From: Candidatus Nomurabacteria bacterium
Lineage (GTDB): Bacteria; Patescibacteriota; Minisyncoccia; Phycocordibacterales; UBA9973
Assembly: GCA_026396065.1 (NCBI GenBank)
Contig: JAPLXO010000011.1
Span: forward strand, 10,748-74,747
Length of the DNA stretch: 64,000 nucleotides
Direction of reading: 5' to 3'
The notes under the pieces were generated by a model. The model saw only the letters and a list, made by a program, of their open reading frames with translations, was not told where the DNA came from and did not search any database. Of this stretch, positions 18,573 through 27,393 are shown in pieces; the first letter of the stretch is position 1, and every line of letters starts with the position of its first letter. A program made the position numbers and the translations under genes.

Positions 18573-20315
18573 ATGGAAACACGAAACTGTCAAAATTGTA
18601 AAAAAGATTTCACTATAGAGGTGGAGGATTTTAATTTTTATCAAAAGATAAAAGTTCCAGCGCCGACTTTTTGCCCAGATTGTAGAACAATACGTAGACT
18701 ATGTTGGAGAAATGAAATGTCTCTTTTTAAGAGAAAATGTGATGCTCCTGGACATGAAGAAATGCTCATTACATGTTTTCCTCCAGAAGAAAAACTCACT
18801 GTATATGATTCTACATCTTGGTGGGGTGATTCTTGGGATGCAATACAATATGGAAAAGAATATGATTTTTCCAAATCATTCTTTGAACAGTGGAGAGATT
18901 TAAGAAATAGTATTCCACTTCAGGCACTTTCAAACATAAAAGCGACTAACAGTGATTATTGTAATGTGGCAGAGGGCAGTAAAGATAGCTATATGTGTTC
19001 GGGTACTTGGAAAATAGAAAGAACTCTTTACTCTAATAGAGTTTCAGAAACAAAAGATTCCTCCGACTTGTATATAGTGTATCGTTCTGAGCTTTGTTAT
19101 GAAGATGTAATATGTTCTGATTGTTACCATTTAATGTACTCTTTAGATTGTAAAAGTTGTGTTGACTCATTTTTTCTCTATGATTGTGTGGGTTGCACAG
19201 ACTGTTTTGGTTGTAGTAATTTACGCAATAAATCATATTGCATGTGGAACGAGCAATTGTCTAGAGAAGAATATTTTCGTCATTTAGCAGAATATAATTT
19301 AAAAAATCATGAGACTATATCGATTTTAAAAAATAAATTTAAAGAAATTTGTTTGCAATCTTTACATCGTTTTTCACTTCAAATAAAATCAGTAAATTCT
19401 ACTGGTGACAATTTAGAAGGTACAAAAAATTGCAAAGTGTGTTTTGATGTTTCTGGAAAAATGGAAGATTTGAAATATGTGCATTGGACAGCTATTAGTG
19501 CAAAAGACGCTTATGATTCTGGCCCTGGTATTGGACAAGTTGAACTTGCATATGAATCCTTTGACACTGGAATAGGTAATTTCCGTAGTCTTTTTACGAG
19601 TGTTGTATATAGTTGTAACGATGTTGAATATTCATTTAATTGTCATGGTTCTTCGAATTTATTTGGTTGTATTGGAATTAGAAATAAAAAATACTGTATT
19701 TTAAATAAAGAATATACAAAAGGGGAATATGAAATATTATTGCCAAAAATTAAAGAGCAAATGATGCAAGTTCCATATATAGATAAAAAAGGAATTAATT
19801 ATAGATACGGTGAATTTTTTCCAGCAGAACTTTCTACTTTTTGTTATAACGAAACACAAGCACAAGATTATTTTCCAATAGATAAGGAATATGCATCTAA
19901 AATGGGATATCGTTGGCGTGATAAAAAGATAAGTGAATATCACATCACTATTGAATCAAAAGATCTTCCAGATTCTCTTGATGACGTTACAGATTCAATC
20001 ACTAATGAAATTATTGGATGTGAAAATAAAGATAAGATGAGTAATTATTGTAGAGGAGCATATAAAATAACTATCGATGAGCTGAATTTATATCGCAAGC
20101 TTGGAGTACCATTACCAAGACTTTGTTTTCTTTGTCGGCATGAAACTAGATTAAAAATGCGTAATCCAATGAAGCTTTGGAATAGACAGTGTATGTGTGA
20201 AAAAGAAAATCATCAACATAGTGGTAAATGTGAAATTACATTTGAAACATCATACGATCCTAATAGACCAGAAATAGTATATTGTGAAAAATGCTATCAA
20301 GCCGAGGTTTATTAG
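18573..20315 (+). CDS. Cysteine-rich zinc-ribbon protein, paralog 5 (580 aa)
   Basis: METRNCQNCKKDFTIEVEDFNFYQKIKVPAPTFCPDCR...; C-terminus NPMKLWNRQCMCEKENHQHSGKCEITFETSYDPNRPEIVYCEKCYQAEVY nearly identical to paralog 1. Confidence 0.7.
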   Translation: METRNCQNCKKDFTIEVEDFNFYQKIKVPAPTFCPDCRTIRRLCWRNEMSLFKRKCDAPGHEEMLITCFPPEEKLTVYDSTSWWGDSWDAIQYGKEYDFSKSFFEQWRDLRNSIPLQALSNIKATNSDYCNVAEGSKDSYMCSGTWKIERTLYSNRVSETKDSSDLYIVYRSELCYEDVICSDCYHLMYSLDCKSCVDSFFLYDCVGCTDCFGCSNLRNKSYCMWNEQLSREEYFRHLAEYNLKNHETISILKNKFKEICLQSLHRFSLQIKSVNSTGDNLEGTKNCKVCFDVSGKMEDLKYVHWTAISAKDAYDSGPGIGQVELAYESFDTGIGNFRSLFTSVVYSCNDVEYSFNCHGSSNLFGCIGIRNKKYCILNKEYTKGEYEILLPKIKEQMMQVPYIDKKGINYRYGEFFPAELSTFCYNETQAQDYFPIDKEYASKMGYRWRDKKISEYHITIESKDLPDSLDDVTDSITNEIIGCENKDKMSNYCRGAYKITIDELNLYRKLGVPLPRLCFLCRHETRLKMRNPMKLWNRQCMCEKENHQHSGKCEITFETSYDPNRPEIVYCEKCYQAEVY

Positions 20316-20325
20316 AATGAAGTCC

Positions 20326-20425
20326 ATGATAAGGGGTTTGGGTTGTATTTCTCCCTCTCCTTGATAAGGAGAGGCCGTCTACAGGTGTCCATCAACTACC
20401 GGTGGACTTTGGGTGAGGTGAATTA
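20326..20425. repeat. Intergenic repeat element B: hairpin ctccctctcctt-gata-aggagagg plus gggtgaggtgaat box
   Basis: Read directly; the same hairpin and box recur at 23776-23816; related G-box at 5755-5780. Confidence 0.65.
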
Positions 20426-20447
20426 TATGCTAAAATAATAATACATT

Positions 20448-21920
20448 ATGGGAAAGCCGAATCGAGTTCAGATAATCAAATATGGTCCACCACCACCAGA
20501 GCTTCCGGTGTTTGGAAAGGTGCCTCCTGAAGAGGTTTCTTTTATTGGACGTACGAATTACGTCGCAGCACTTGAAGAAAAGAAATTTATTTTCGGAATT
20601 AAGCGCGTTGACCGCCGAAGACATTTATATATCATTGGAAAGTCTGGGGTTGGAAAAACAAAGCTTCTAGAATTGATGCTTCGCCAAGATGTGACATATG
20701 GCCACGGTCTTTGTCTTATCGATCCACACGGTGACGTTATCGATGCAATGCTCGATTATATTCCAAAAGAGCGTGTTGAAGACGTTTGTATTATTGACCC
20801 TGCTGATATTGATTTCCCAGCATCTTTCAATCCTTTGGCAAATGTCGACCCAATGTTCAAATTTCAATTGACTCAAGGGTTAATCGAAGTTTTCCAAAAA
20901 CAATTCGGTGCAAACTGGACACCACGTCTCGAGCACGTTTTTCGTTTTACTTGTCTCGCATTACTCGATTATCCGTATGCTACGATGCGCGGAATGATCT
21001 CGATGTTGACAGATAGAAATTATCGTCAGAAAGTCGTGGAATATATTACAGACGACATGGTGAAAAGATTCTTCGCTATCGAATTCGCGGACTGGTCTGA
21101 AAAATTCGATACTGACGCTATTATTCCACTTGTTAATAAACTAGGTCAATTTCTTTCTGATCCCTTGCTTCGTAATATTTTCGGACAGAAGCAAAATAAA
21201 ATAGATATTAGTAAATTGATGAATGAACAAAAAATAATTTTTATTAATTTGTCTAAAGGGCGCCTCGGTGAAGAAAATTCGTCTTTCCTTGGTTCGATGT
21301 TTTTGACTAAAATTAAACAGGCCGGAATGGAGCGCGCTAGTATTGCCGAACGTGACCGTAAAGATTTTTATATTTATGTGGACGAGTTCCAAAACGTAGT
21401 GACACAAACTTTCGAAAACATTTTGTCGGAAGCTCGAAAATACGGTTTGAACCTTACTATGGCTCATCAGTATGTCGGTCAAATTATTCCAAAAGTTCAC
21501 CAAGCTGTACTTGGTAATACAGGTAGTGTCATTTGTTTTCGTGTAGGTGGAGAAGATGCTGTAAAATTGAAACCCGAATTTGAGCCATTATTCGGAGTGA
21601 AAGACATGATCAACCTCGCCGTAGCAGAATTTTATATCAAAATGACGATTGATGGAGAGTCTTACGATCCATTTTCTGCAGAGACACTTCGTGTATTACC
21701 TCCAAATCATCCTTCATATCGACAAGAAATTATAAATGCATCACGTAGAAAATATTCAATTCCAAAAGACGATGCGCAAAAATTGATTCAAGAGGAAGAA
21801 GCTACAATTATTCGAAGTGCAGAAGAAAAAGCTATTATTTCAGGAAAAGGCAAAAATGAAGTTGACGAAAATGAAAAGTCTGCAAAACCAGTCGCTAAAG
21901 AAGCTGAACCTATGATATAA
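20448..21920 (+). CDS. VirD4/TraG/TraD-like (FtsK-HerA superfamily) P-loop ATPase, paralog 2 (490 aa; no zinc ribbon or Pro-rich tail)
   Basis: Walker A IIGKSGVGKT; Walker B FYIYVDEFQNV; EARKYGLNLTMAHQYVGQI; collinear with 8702-10978 over ~450 aa. Confidence 0.6.
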   Translation: MGKPNRVQIIKYGPPPPELPVFGKVPPEEVSFIGRTNYVAALEEKKFIFGIKRVDRRRHLYIIGKSGVGKTKLLELMLRQDVTYGHGLCLIDPHGDVIDAMLDYIPKERVEDVCIIDPADIDFPASFNPLANVDPMFKFQLTQGLIEVFQKQFGANWTPRLEHVFRFTCLALLDYPYATMRGMISMLTDRNYRQKVVEYITDDMVKRFFAIEFADWSEKFDTDAIIPLVNKLGQFLSDPLLRNIFGQKQNKIDISKLMNEQKIIFINLSKGRLGEENSSFLGSMFLTKIKQAGMERASIAERDRKDFYIYVDEFQNVVTQTFENILSEARKYGLNLTMAHQYVGQIIPKVHQAVLGNTGSVICFRVGGEDAVKLKPEFEPLFGVKDMINLAVAEFYIKMTIDGESYDPFSAETLRVLPPNHPSYRQEIINASRRKYSIPKDDAQKLIQEEEATIIRSAEEKAIISGKGKNEVDENEKSAKPVAKEAEPMI

Positions 21921-21967
21921 ATTAAACAACATACTGACAAACTCCAGTATGTAAGGATGTTAAATTT

Positions 21968-22012
21968 ATGAATTCTGAAACAAAAAATTGCCAAAATTGT
22001 CCCGATTTTTAA
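21968..22012 (+). pseudogene. Truncated ancestral N-terminal leader of paralog 6 (MNSETKNCQNCPDF*), interrupted by the same insert as paralog 3
   Basis: Read directly; the same CQNC then cccgattttt... junction as at 14910. Confidence 0.5.
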
Positions 22013-22035
22013 AAAATCGAGGATCCACGATTCTA

Positions 22036-23775
22036 ATGAATTATAATCGGGATAAAAAAGATATGGAACATCAATCAGAAAGTAAAATATGTCAGAATTG
22101 TAAGACTTCGTTTATTATAGAACAAGAAGATTTTAATTTTTATGAAAAGATGAAAGTTCCTGCACCGACATGGTGTCCTGAATGTCGAATGGCACGTAGA
22201 TTCCTATTTATGAATACTTGGAATCTATATAGGCGAAATTGTGAAAAATGTGGGGAAAGTACACTTTCAATGTTTTCAGAAGATAAACCACATAAGGTTT
22301 TTTGTTTACCTTGTTGGTGGTCGGATGATTGGGATGGTACTGAGTATGCTATCAATTACGACCCCTCTCGTTCTTTTTTAGAACAGATGAAAGAGCTGGA
22401 ACTCAGAACACCTTGGATGGCTAATACTATGATGTATACAATGAATGTAAATAGCCCGTATTGTAATGCTACTGGTCCAGTAAAGAATTGCTACATGCTT
22501 TTTTGGGCAGATTATTGTGAAAATTCTTTTTACTCATCTTATTTGAATACTTTAAAAGATTCTATAGATTGTTATCGGGTAGCTCATAGTGAATTGTGCT
22601 ATGAAGGCACTGGTTTGAATAAATGTTACAGAACTTTCTTTTCGGAAGAGTGTGATTCTTGTACCGATACGTGGTTTTCAAGAGCTTGTTCTGGTTTAGT
22701 AAATTGTTTTGGTTGTATAAATTTAAGAAATAAAAATTATTGTATATTCAATGAACAATATTCTCAGGAAGATTATTTTAAAAAAGTAAAAGAATTTGAT
22801 CTAATATCTCATACGTCATTAGAAAAAATAAAAAAAGATGTTTTAGTGTTTTGGAGTAAATATCCAAGGCGATTTTATAACGGTAATGCGTTAAACAAAA
22901 ACGTTAGTGGTGATTATATTTATGAATCTAAAAATGCACAGAATTGTTTTATGGTTTCTGGGGCTGAAGATTGTAAATTTACTCAATTTGTAAGTATTCC
23001 AAAAGCCAAAGATTGTTATGATAATACTGGTTGGGGAGATGGTTCAGAAAGAATTTATGAGTCTACTGTTGTCGGCCTCGGAGCAAGTAATGTAAAATTT
23101 TCTAATGAATGCTGGCCTAATGCAATGAATACAGAATACTCTATCTATGCTATAGGTGGATGTAAGGATATTTTTGGATGTGTCAATTTAAAGAAAAAAC
23201 AATATTGTATTTTAAATAAACAGTATTCAAAGGAAGAATATGAAAAGTTAAAAGAAAAAATTATTAAAGATATGAATATAAATACTTTTATAGACTCAAA
23301 AAATAGAGTTTATAAATATGGTGATTCATTACCTATTGAATTGTCGCCATTTTCTTACAATGAATCAAATGCTGGTAAGTTTTTACCAATTACAAAAGAA
23401 AAAGCTTTAGAGCAAGGTTTCACTTGGTCAGAAGGAAAGGTGAATGAATATAAGATTACAGCCAAGGCGTCTGATTTACCAGATACAATCTCATATACTA
23501 CAGATGAGATACTAAACGACGTGTTTGAATGTGCTTCTTGTCAAAGAGCTTATAAATTTACTCTAGGTGAATTGAATTTAATGAGAAGACTTTCTTTACC
23601 ATTACCACATAAATGTTTTCATTGTCGTCAAGAATTTCGTTTTTCTAGATCTAATCAGGCTAGATTATACGATAGAAATTACATGAAATGCGGAGTAGAT
23701 TTAAAAACTTCTTATAATCCAGATAACACAGAAATAGTTTATTGTGAAAAATGCTATCAGCAGGAAGTATATTAG
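22036..23775 (+). CDS. Cysteine-rich zinc-ribbon protein, paralog 6 (579 aa from restart Met)
   Basis: MNYNRDKKDMEHQSESKICQNCKTSFII...; ends NTEIVYCEKCYQQEVY; the first 28 residues are encoded by nucleotides identical to paralog 3. Confidence 0.65.
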   Translation: MNYNRDKKDMEHQSESKICQNCKTSFIIEQEDFNFYEKMKVPAPTWCPECRMARRFLFMNTWNLYRRNCEKCGESTLSMFSEDKPHKVFCLPCWWSDDWDGTEYAINYDPSRSFLEQMKELELRTPWMANTMMYTMNVNSPYCNATGPVKNCYMLFWADYCENSFYSSYLNTLKDSIDCYRVAHSELCYEGTGLNKCYRTFFSEECDSCTDTWFSRACSGLVNCFGCINLRNKNYCIFNEQYSQEDYFKKVKEFDLISHTSLEKIKKDVLVFWSKYPRRFYNGNALNKNVSGDYIYESKNAQNCFMVSGAEDCKFTQFVSIPKAKDCYDNTGWGDGSERIYESTVVGLGASNVKFSNECWPNAMNTEYSIYAIGGCKDIFGCVNLKKKQYCILNKQYSKEEYEKLKEKIIKDMNINTFIDSKNRVYKYGDSLPIELSPFSYNESNAGKFLPITKEKALEQGFTWSEGKVNEYKITAKASDLPDTISYTTDEILNDVFECASCQRAYKFTLGELNLMRRLSLPLPHKCFHCRQEFRFSRSNQARLYDRNYMKCGVDLKTSYNPDNTEIVYCEKCYQQEVY

Positions 23776-23816
23776 CTCCCTCTCCTTAATAAGGAGAGGG
23801 TTGGGGTGAGGTGAAT
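23776..23816. repeat. Intergenic repeat element C: hairpin ctccctctcctt-aata-aggagagg plus gggttggggtgaggtgaat
   Basis: Immediately follows the paralog 6 stop codon; copy of element B. Confidence 0.65.
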
Positions 23817-23855
23817 TTTTGATTTTTAGATGATTTTTTGCTAATATAACACTCT

Positions 23856-24509
23856 ATGAGTAAAGATTACTATGAAGTTTTGGGAGTTAATAAAAGTGCT
23901 ACAAAAGACGAATTGAAAACGGCTTTTCGTAAGCTTGCGCACAAACATCATCCAGACAAGAATAAAGGGGATGATAAAAAATTTAAAGAAATAAATGAAG
24001 CGTATCAAACACTTTCAGATGACACAAAGCGTGCACAATACGATAGATTTGGTGCAGGTTATCAAAATATGGGTGGCGGACATCAACATGGTGGATTTTC
24101 TGGTGGAGGTTTTGAAGGATTTGACTTTTCTGGTTTTCAGCAAGGTGGACAAGAATTTGATTTTGGAAACTTGAATGATATATTTTCAGATTTTTTTACA
24201 GGAGGCAGAGGTGGTTTTCACACCAGAACTCCTCGTGGCCGAGACATGCAAACAGAAATTGAAATTTCTTTTATAGATGCTATTTTAGGTGTTGAAAAAA
24301 ATATTGTTATTACTGGGCATAAAGAAATAAAAATAAGTATTCCGTCTGGTATACGTGATGGCCAAACTTTAAAAATGACAGGAATGGGTGAAGTTATAAA
24401 AGATGGAAAAGCAGGAGATTTATATATAAATGTTCATGTTAAAGTTCCACACAAGATATCTAAAAAAGCTCGCGAACTTCTTGAAGAATTAAAAAAAGAG
24501 GGAATTTAG
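23856..24509 (+). CDS. dnaJ: DnaJ-like co-chaperone, minimal form (J-domain plus G/F region plus partial C-terminal domain; no CxxCxGxG zinc-finger domain)
   Basis: DYYEVLGV...HPDKN J-domain with HPD; Gly/Phe-rich linker; [13 protein letters not shown]-terminal segment; only 217 aa and no Cys repeats. Confidence 0.8.
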   Translation: MSKDYYEVLGVNKSATKDELKTAFRKLAHKHHPDKNKGDDKKFKEINEAYQTLSDDTKRAQYDRFGAGYQNMGGGHQHGGFSGGGFEGFDFSGFQQGGQEFDFGNLNDIFSDFFTGGRGGFHTRTPRGRDMQTEIEISFIDAILGVEKNIVITGHKEIKISIPSGIRDGQTLKMTGMGEVIKDGKAGDLYINVHVKVPHKISKKARELLEELKKEGI

Positions 24510-24544
24510 TGTATTTCTTTTTAGACTAGTGTTATAATAAAGGT

Positions 24545-25387
24545 ATGAAAAAGAGTAAAATAATTTTTGTATTTTTATTTATAATTTTATCTTTTGGAAT
24601 TAAATTAAATATTATTTATGGTGCTACAAATGCTGGTTTTGTTCAGGCAAATATTTGGTATTCCAAAGATCCATTTGAGGAAGGTGATCAGATAAGAATT
24701 CATACATTTGTTTTCAATCCAGACACAAGAGAACTTTCTGGAGTTATAGAATTTCTAGATAATGAAACTATTTTAGGTAAAAAAAGTTTTAAAGCACCTA
24801 CTAGTGGTATTGCTGAAGTTTCTATTCCTTGGACTGTTACAGCTGGAGATCATTTAATTTATGCAAAAATTGAAAGTGCTAAATTTACAATATCTACAGG
24901 TAAATATCAAGATGTTTTGTTGTCTGAAAATGAAACAGAAAAAAGTAAACGTTTTGTAGCTAAAAAAATTGTATTAAATACAAATATAGATTCTCAAAAT
25001 AACAAAACAGTAGCAACAAATACTGATACTAATATTGCTCTTACATCTAAAATAGATGATATTACAAATTCAATTACAGATAAAACTCCTACATCTATAA
25101 CCAAGCCAATATTATCTGTTACAAATGGGATTGAAGGTGTTCGAATAAAGACAGGAGACAGCTTGTCTAATATAGAAGATTCAGCTAAACAAGAATTACA
25201 AAAAGTGAATAAAGATATAATAAACAAGGGTGCAACGACAGATAAAATAAAAAAACCATTTATTTACGTAAAACTTTTTCTTAGTACCTTATTCTCAGCT
25301 ATTTTTAACAGCATGATACTATTTTATAGTCTTTTGTTTGTTATTATTTTCTTTTTTTCTAGATTTCTTTGGAGAAAATTCTTTTAA
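24545..25387 (+). CDS. Hypothetical exported/membrane-anchored protein
   Basis: 280 aa; N-terminal signal/TM helix and C-terminal TM helix; no recognisable domain. Confidence 0.45.
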   Translation: MKKSKIIFVFLFIILSFGIKLNIIYGATNAGFVQANIWYSKDPFEEGDQIRIHTFVFNPDTRELSGVIEFLDNETILGKKSFKAPTSGIAEVSIPWTVTAGDHLIYAKIESAKFTISTGKYQDVLLSENETEKSKRFVAKKIVLNTNIDSQNNKTVATNTDTNIALTSKIDDITNSITDKTPTSITKPILSVTNGIEGVRIKTGDSLSNIEDSAKQELQKVNKDIINKGATTDKIKKPFIYVKLFLSTLFSAIFNSMILFYSLLFVIIFFFSRFLWRKFF

Positions 25388-25424
25388 AGAAGATTGTTTT
25401 TTTACTGTAAAAGTGTAATATAAG

Positions 25425-25694
25425 ATGATGCAGTTTAGAATTTTAGCTTATTTTATATTGTTATTAGCTCTTCTTTTTACTCCTTTTTGGGTATTTTTGT
25501 TATTGTTAATAATTAGTATGGCAACATTTAATTTATTTTTTGAGGCTATTTTATTCTCGCTTTTATCTGATTTATTTTATAGTGCAAAAGAAATTAGGTT
25601 TTCAGAGCACTTATTTATATTTTTTTGTGCATCAATTATAGCTTTATTACTTATTGAATTTTTAAAAAAGAAGTTAAAGTTTTATCCTAAATAA
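25425..25694 (+). CDS. Small hypothetical membrane protein
   Basis: 89 aa; almost entirely hydrophobic (2-3 TM). Confidence 0.35.
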   Translation: MMQFRILAYFILLLALLFTPFWVFLLLLIISMATFNLFFEAILFSLLSDLFYSAKEIRFSEHLFIFFCASIIALLLIEFLKKKLKFYPK

Positions 25695-27392
25695 ATGATA
25701 AGAAGATTTTTAAATAAAAGAAAAATAAAAAATACTGATTTTTTCACTAGCCCTGATGAAATTTTTCTGGATTCAGAAAATATTGGAAACTTTGATGTCC
25801 AACAGTTTGAAGGAAGAATTGAAAAACCAGTGAGTAAAAAATCTATATATTTTTTAGTAATAGCCTTTTTATTTTGTGCTGTAATATTTTTAGGTAGATT
25901 AAGCTATCTTCAAATTAAAAAAGGCTATATTTATTTAAAAAGAAGTGAGAATAATTCTTTAAATAGAAGTATTCTTTTTGCTGATCGTGGAATTATTTAT
26001 GATCGAAATAAGATTCAATTGGCATGGAATACAAAAAATGGCGATGGAGATTTTGCTACTCGTTCATATTCTCCTGTAGGTTTTTCTCATATTTTAGGAT
26101 ATGTTAGCTATCCTGCGGTAGACAAATCAGGGCATTATTGGCAAGATAAATTTATTGGAAAAGATGGAATTGAAAAAGAATACGATGAAGCCCTTCAGGG
26201 CCAAAATGGTGTTAAAATTACTGAAACTGATGCACAAAAACATATTTATTCAGAAAATGTTGTAAATGCACCACAGAGAGGTTCCGATTTATTTTTAACT
26301 ATTGATTCTCGTATTCAATTAGAACTTTTTAATTTAATTAAAAGTTTGTCAGCTAGTGTGTCGTTCAAAGGTGGAGCAGGAATATTAATGGATGTAACAA
26401 GTGGAGAAATAATCGCAAGTGTTTCATATCCAGAATATAGTTCTGAAATTTTATCACAAGGAAAAGATAGAGAAAGTATAAAAAGTTATTTAACAGATAA
26501 AAGAAATGTTTTTATGGATAGGACACTTTCTGGTCTGTATACACCAGGATCAATTGTAAAACCATTTGTATCAATTGCAGCATTAACTGAACAAGTAATT
26601 GATCCATATAAAAAAATTCTTTCTACTGGTTCTATTTCAATCACGAATCCATATGATAAGACAAAAGAGACAGTGTTTAAAGACTGGAAAGCTCATGGCT
26701 GGGTAGATATGAGGCAAGCTATTGCAGTATCTTCCGACGTTTATTTTTATGAAGTTGGCGGAGGATTTCATGATCAAAAAGGTTTAGGGATAGCTAATAT
26801 CGAAAAATATTCAAAACTTTTTGGTATTGGTGAAAAAACAGGTGTAGACATGCCAGATGAAGTAGCAGGATTAATTCCTAGTCCTGAATGGAAGATAAAA
26901 ACTTTTCCAAAAGACCCAATATGGAGAATTGGAGACACATATCACACAGCTATTGGACAATATGGATATCAAGTTACTCCAATCCAGATGGCTCGAGCAG
27001 ATTCAGCTATTGCAAATAAAGGCACACTTATTACTCCACATTTTATTTTAGGTGATAAAGAAAAAGAATTACAAACATCTCAAATTAATTTAAGTAAAGA
27101 TTATTTTAATACTGTTCATGAAGGAATGCGACAAGGTGTTTTATCTGGAACATCTATATCCTTAAACGTACCTTATGTACAAGTAGCATCTAAGACTGGT
27201 ACTGCTCAGCTTGGTGTAGCTAAAAACAAAGTTAACTCTTGGGTTATGGGATTTTTCCCTTATAAAAATCCAAAATATGCGTTTACTATACTAATGGAAG
27301 CTGGTCCTTCTACAAATGGAGTGGGAGGTGCATTTATCATGCGTGGGCTTTTAGATTGGATGAGCGTGAATACTCCTGAATATTTTAATTAA
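25695..27392 (+). CDS. Penicillin-binding protein 2 / peptidoglycan D,D-transpeptidase
   Basis: 565 aa; N-terminal TM; SxxK (SIVKPF), SxD (SSDVYF), KTG (KTGTA) transpeptidase motifs; PBP dimerisation-like N-terminal domain. Confidence 0.8.
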   Translation: MIRRFLNKRKIKNTDFFTSPDEIFLDSENIGNFDVQQFEGRIEKPVSKKSIYFLVIAFLFCAVIFLGRLSYLQIKKGYIYLKRSENNSLNRSILFADRGIIYDRNKIQLAWNTKNGDGDFATRSYSPVGFSHILGYVSYPAVDKSGHYWQDKFIGKDGIEKEYDEALQGQNGVKITETDAQKHIYSENVVNAPQRGSDLFLTIDSRIQLELFNLIKSLSASVSFKGGAGILMDVTSGEIIASVSYPEYSSEILSQGKDRESIKSYLTDKRNVFMDRTLSGLYTPGSIVKPFVSIAALTEQVIDPYKKILSTGSISITNPYDKTKETVFKDWKAHGWVDMRQAIAVSSDVYFYEVGGGFHDQKGLGIANIEKYSKLFGIGEKTGVDMPDEVAGLIPSPEWKIKTFPKDPIWRIGDTYHTAIGQYGYQVTPIQMARADSAIANKGTLITPHFILGDKEKELQTSQINLSKDYFNTVHEGMRQGVLSGTSISLNVPYVQVASKTGTAQLGVAKNKVNSWVMGFFPYKNPKYAFTILMEAGPSTNGVGGAFIMRGLLDWMSVNTPEYFN

Positions 27393-27393
27393 T

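Noticed and set aside
11381-23775. Tandem repeated units as a CRISPR array or other non-coding repeat
   Set aside because: Units are ~1.75 kb each, protein-coding with conserved reading frames and diverged sequence. No short direct repeats with unique spacers anywhere in the window.
8702-23816. Island as an integrative conjugative element or prophage
   Set aside because: No integrase/recombinase, relaxase, VirB4/VirB6/VirB8-type T4SS components, capsid or terminase genes. Only the coupling-protein-like ATPases are present, so an ICE or phage call is not supported.
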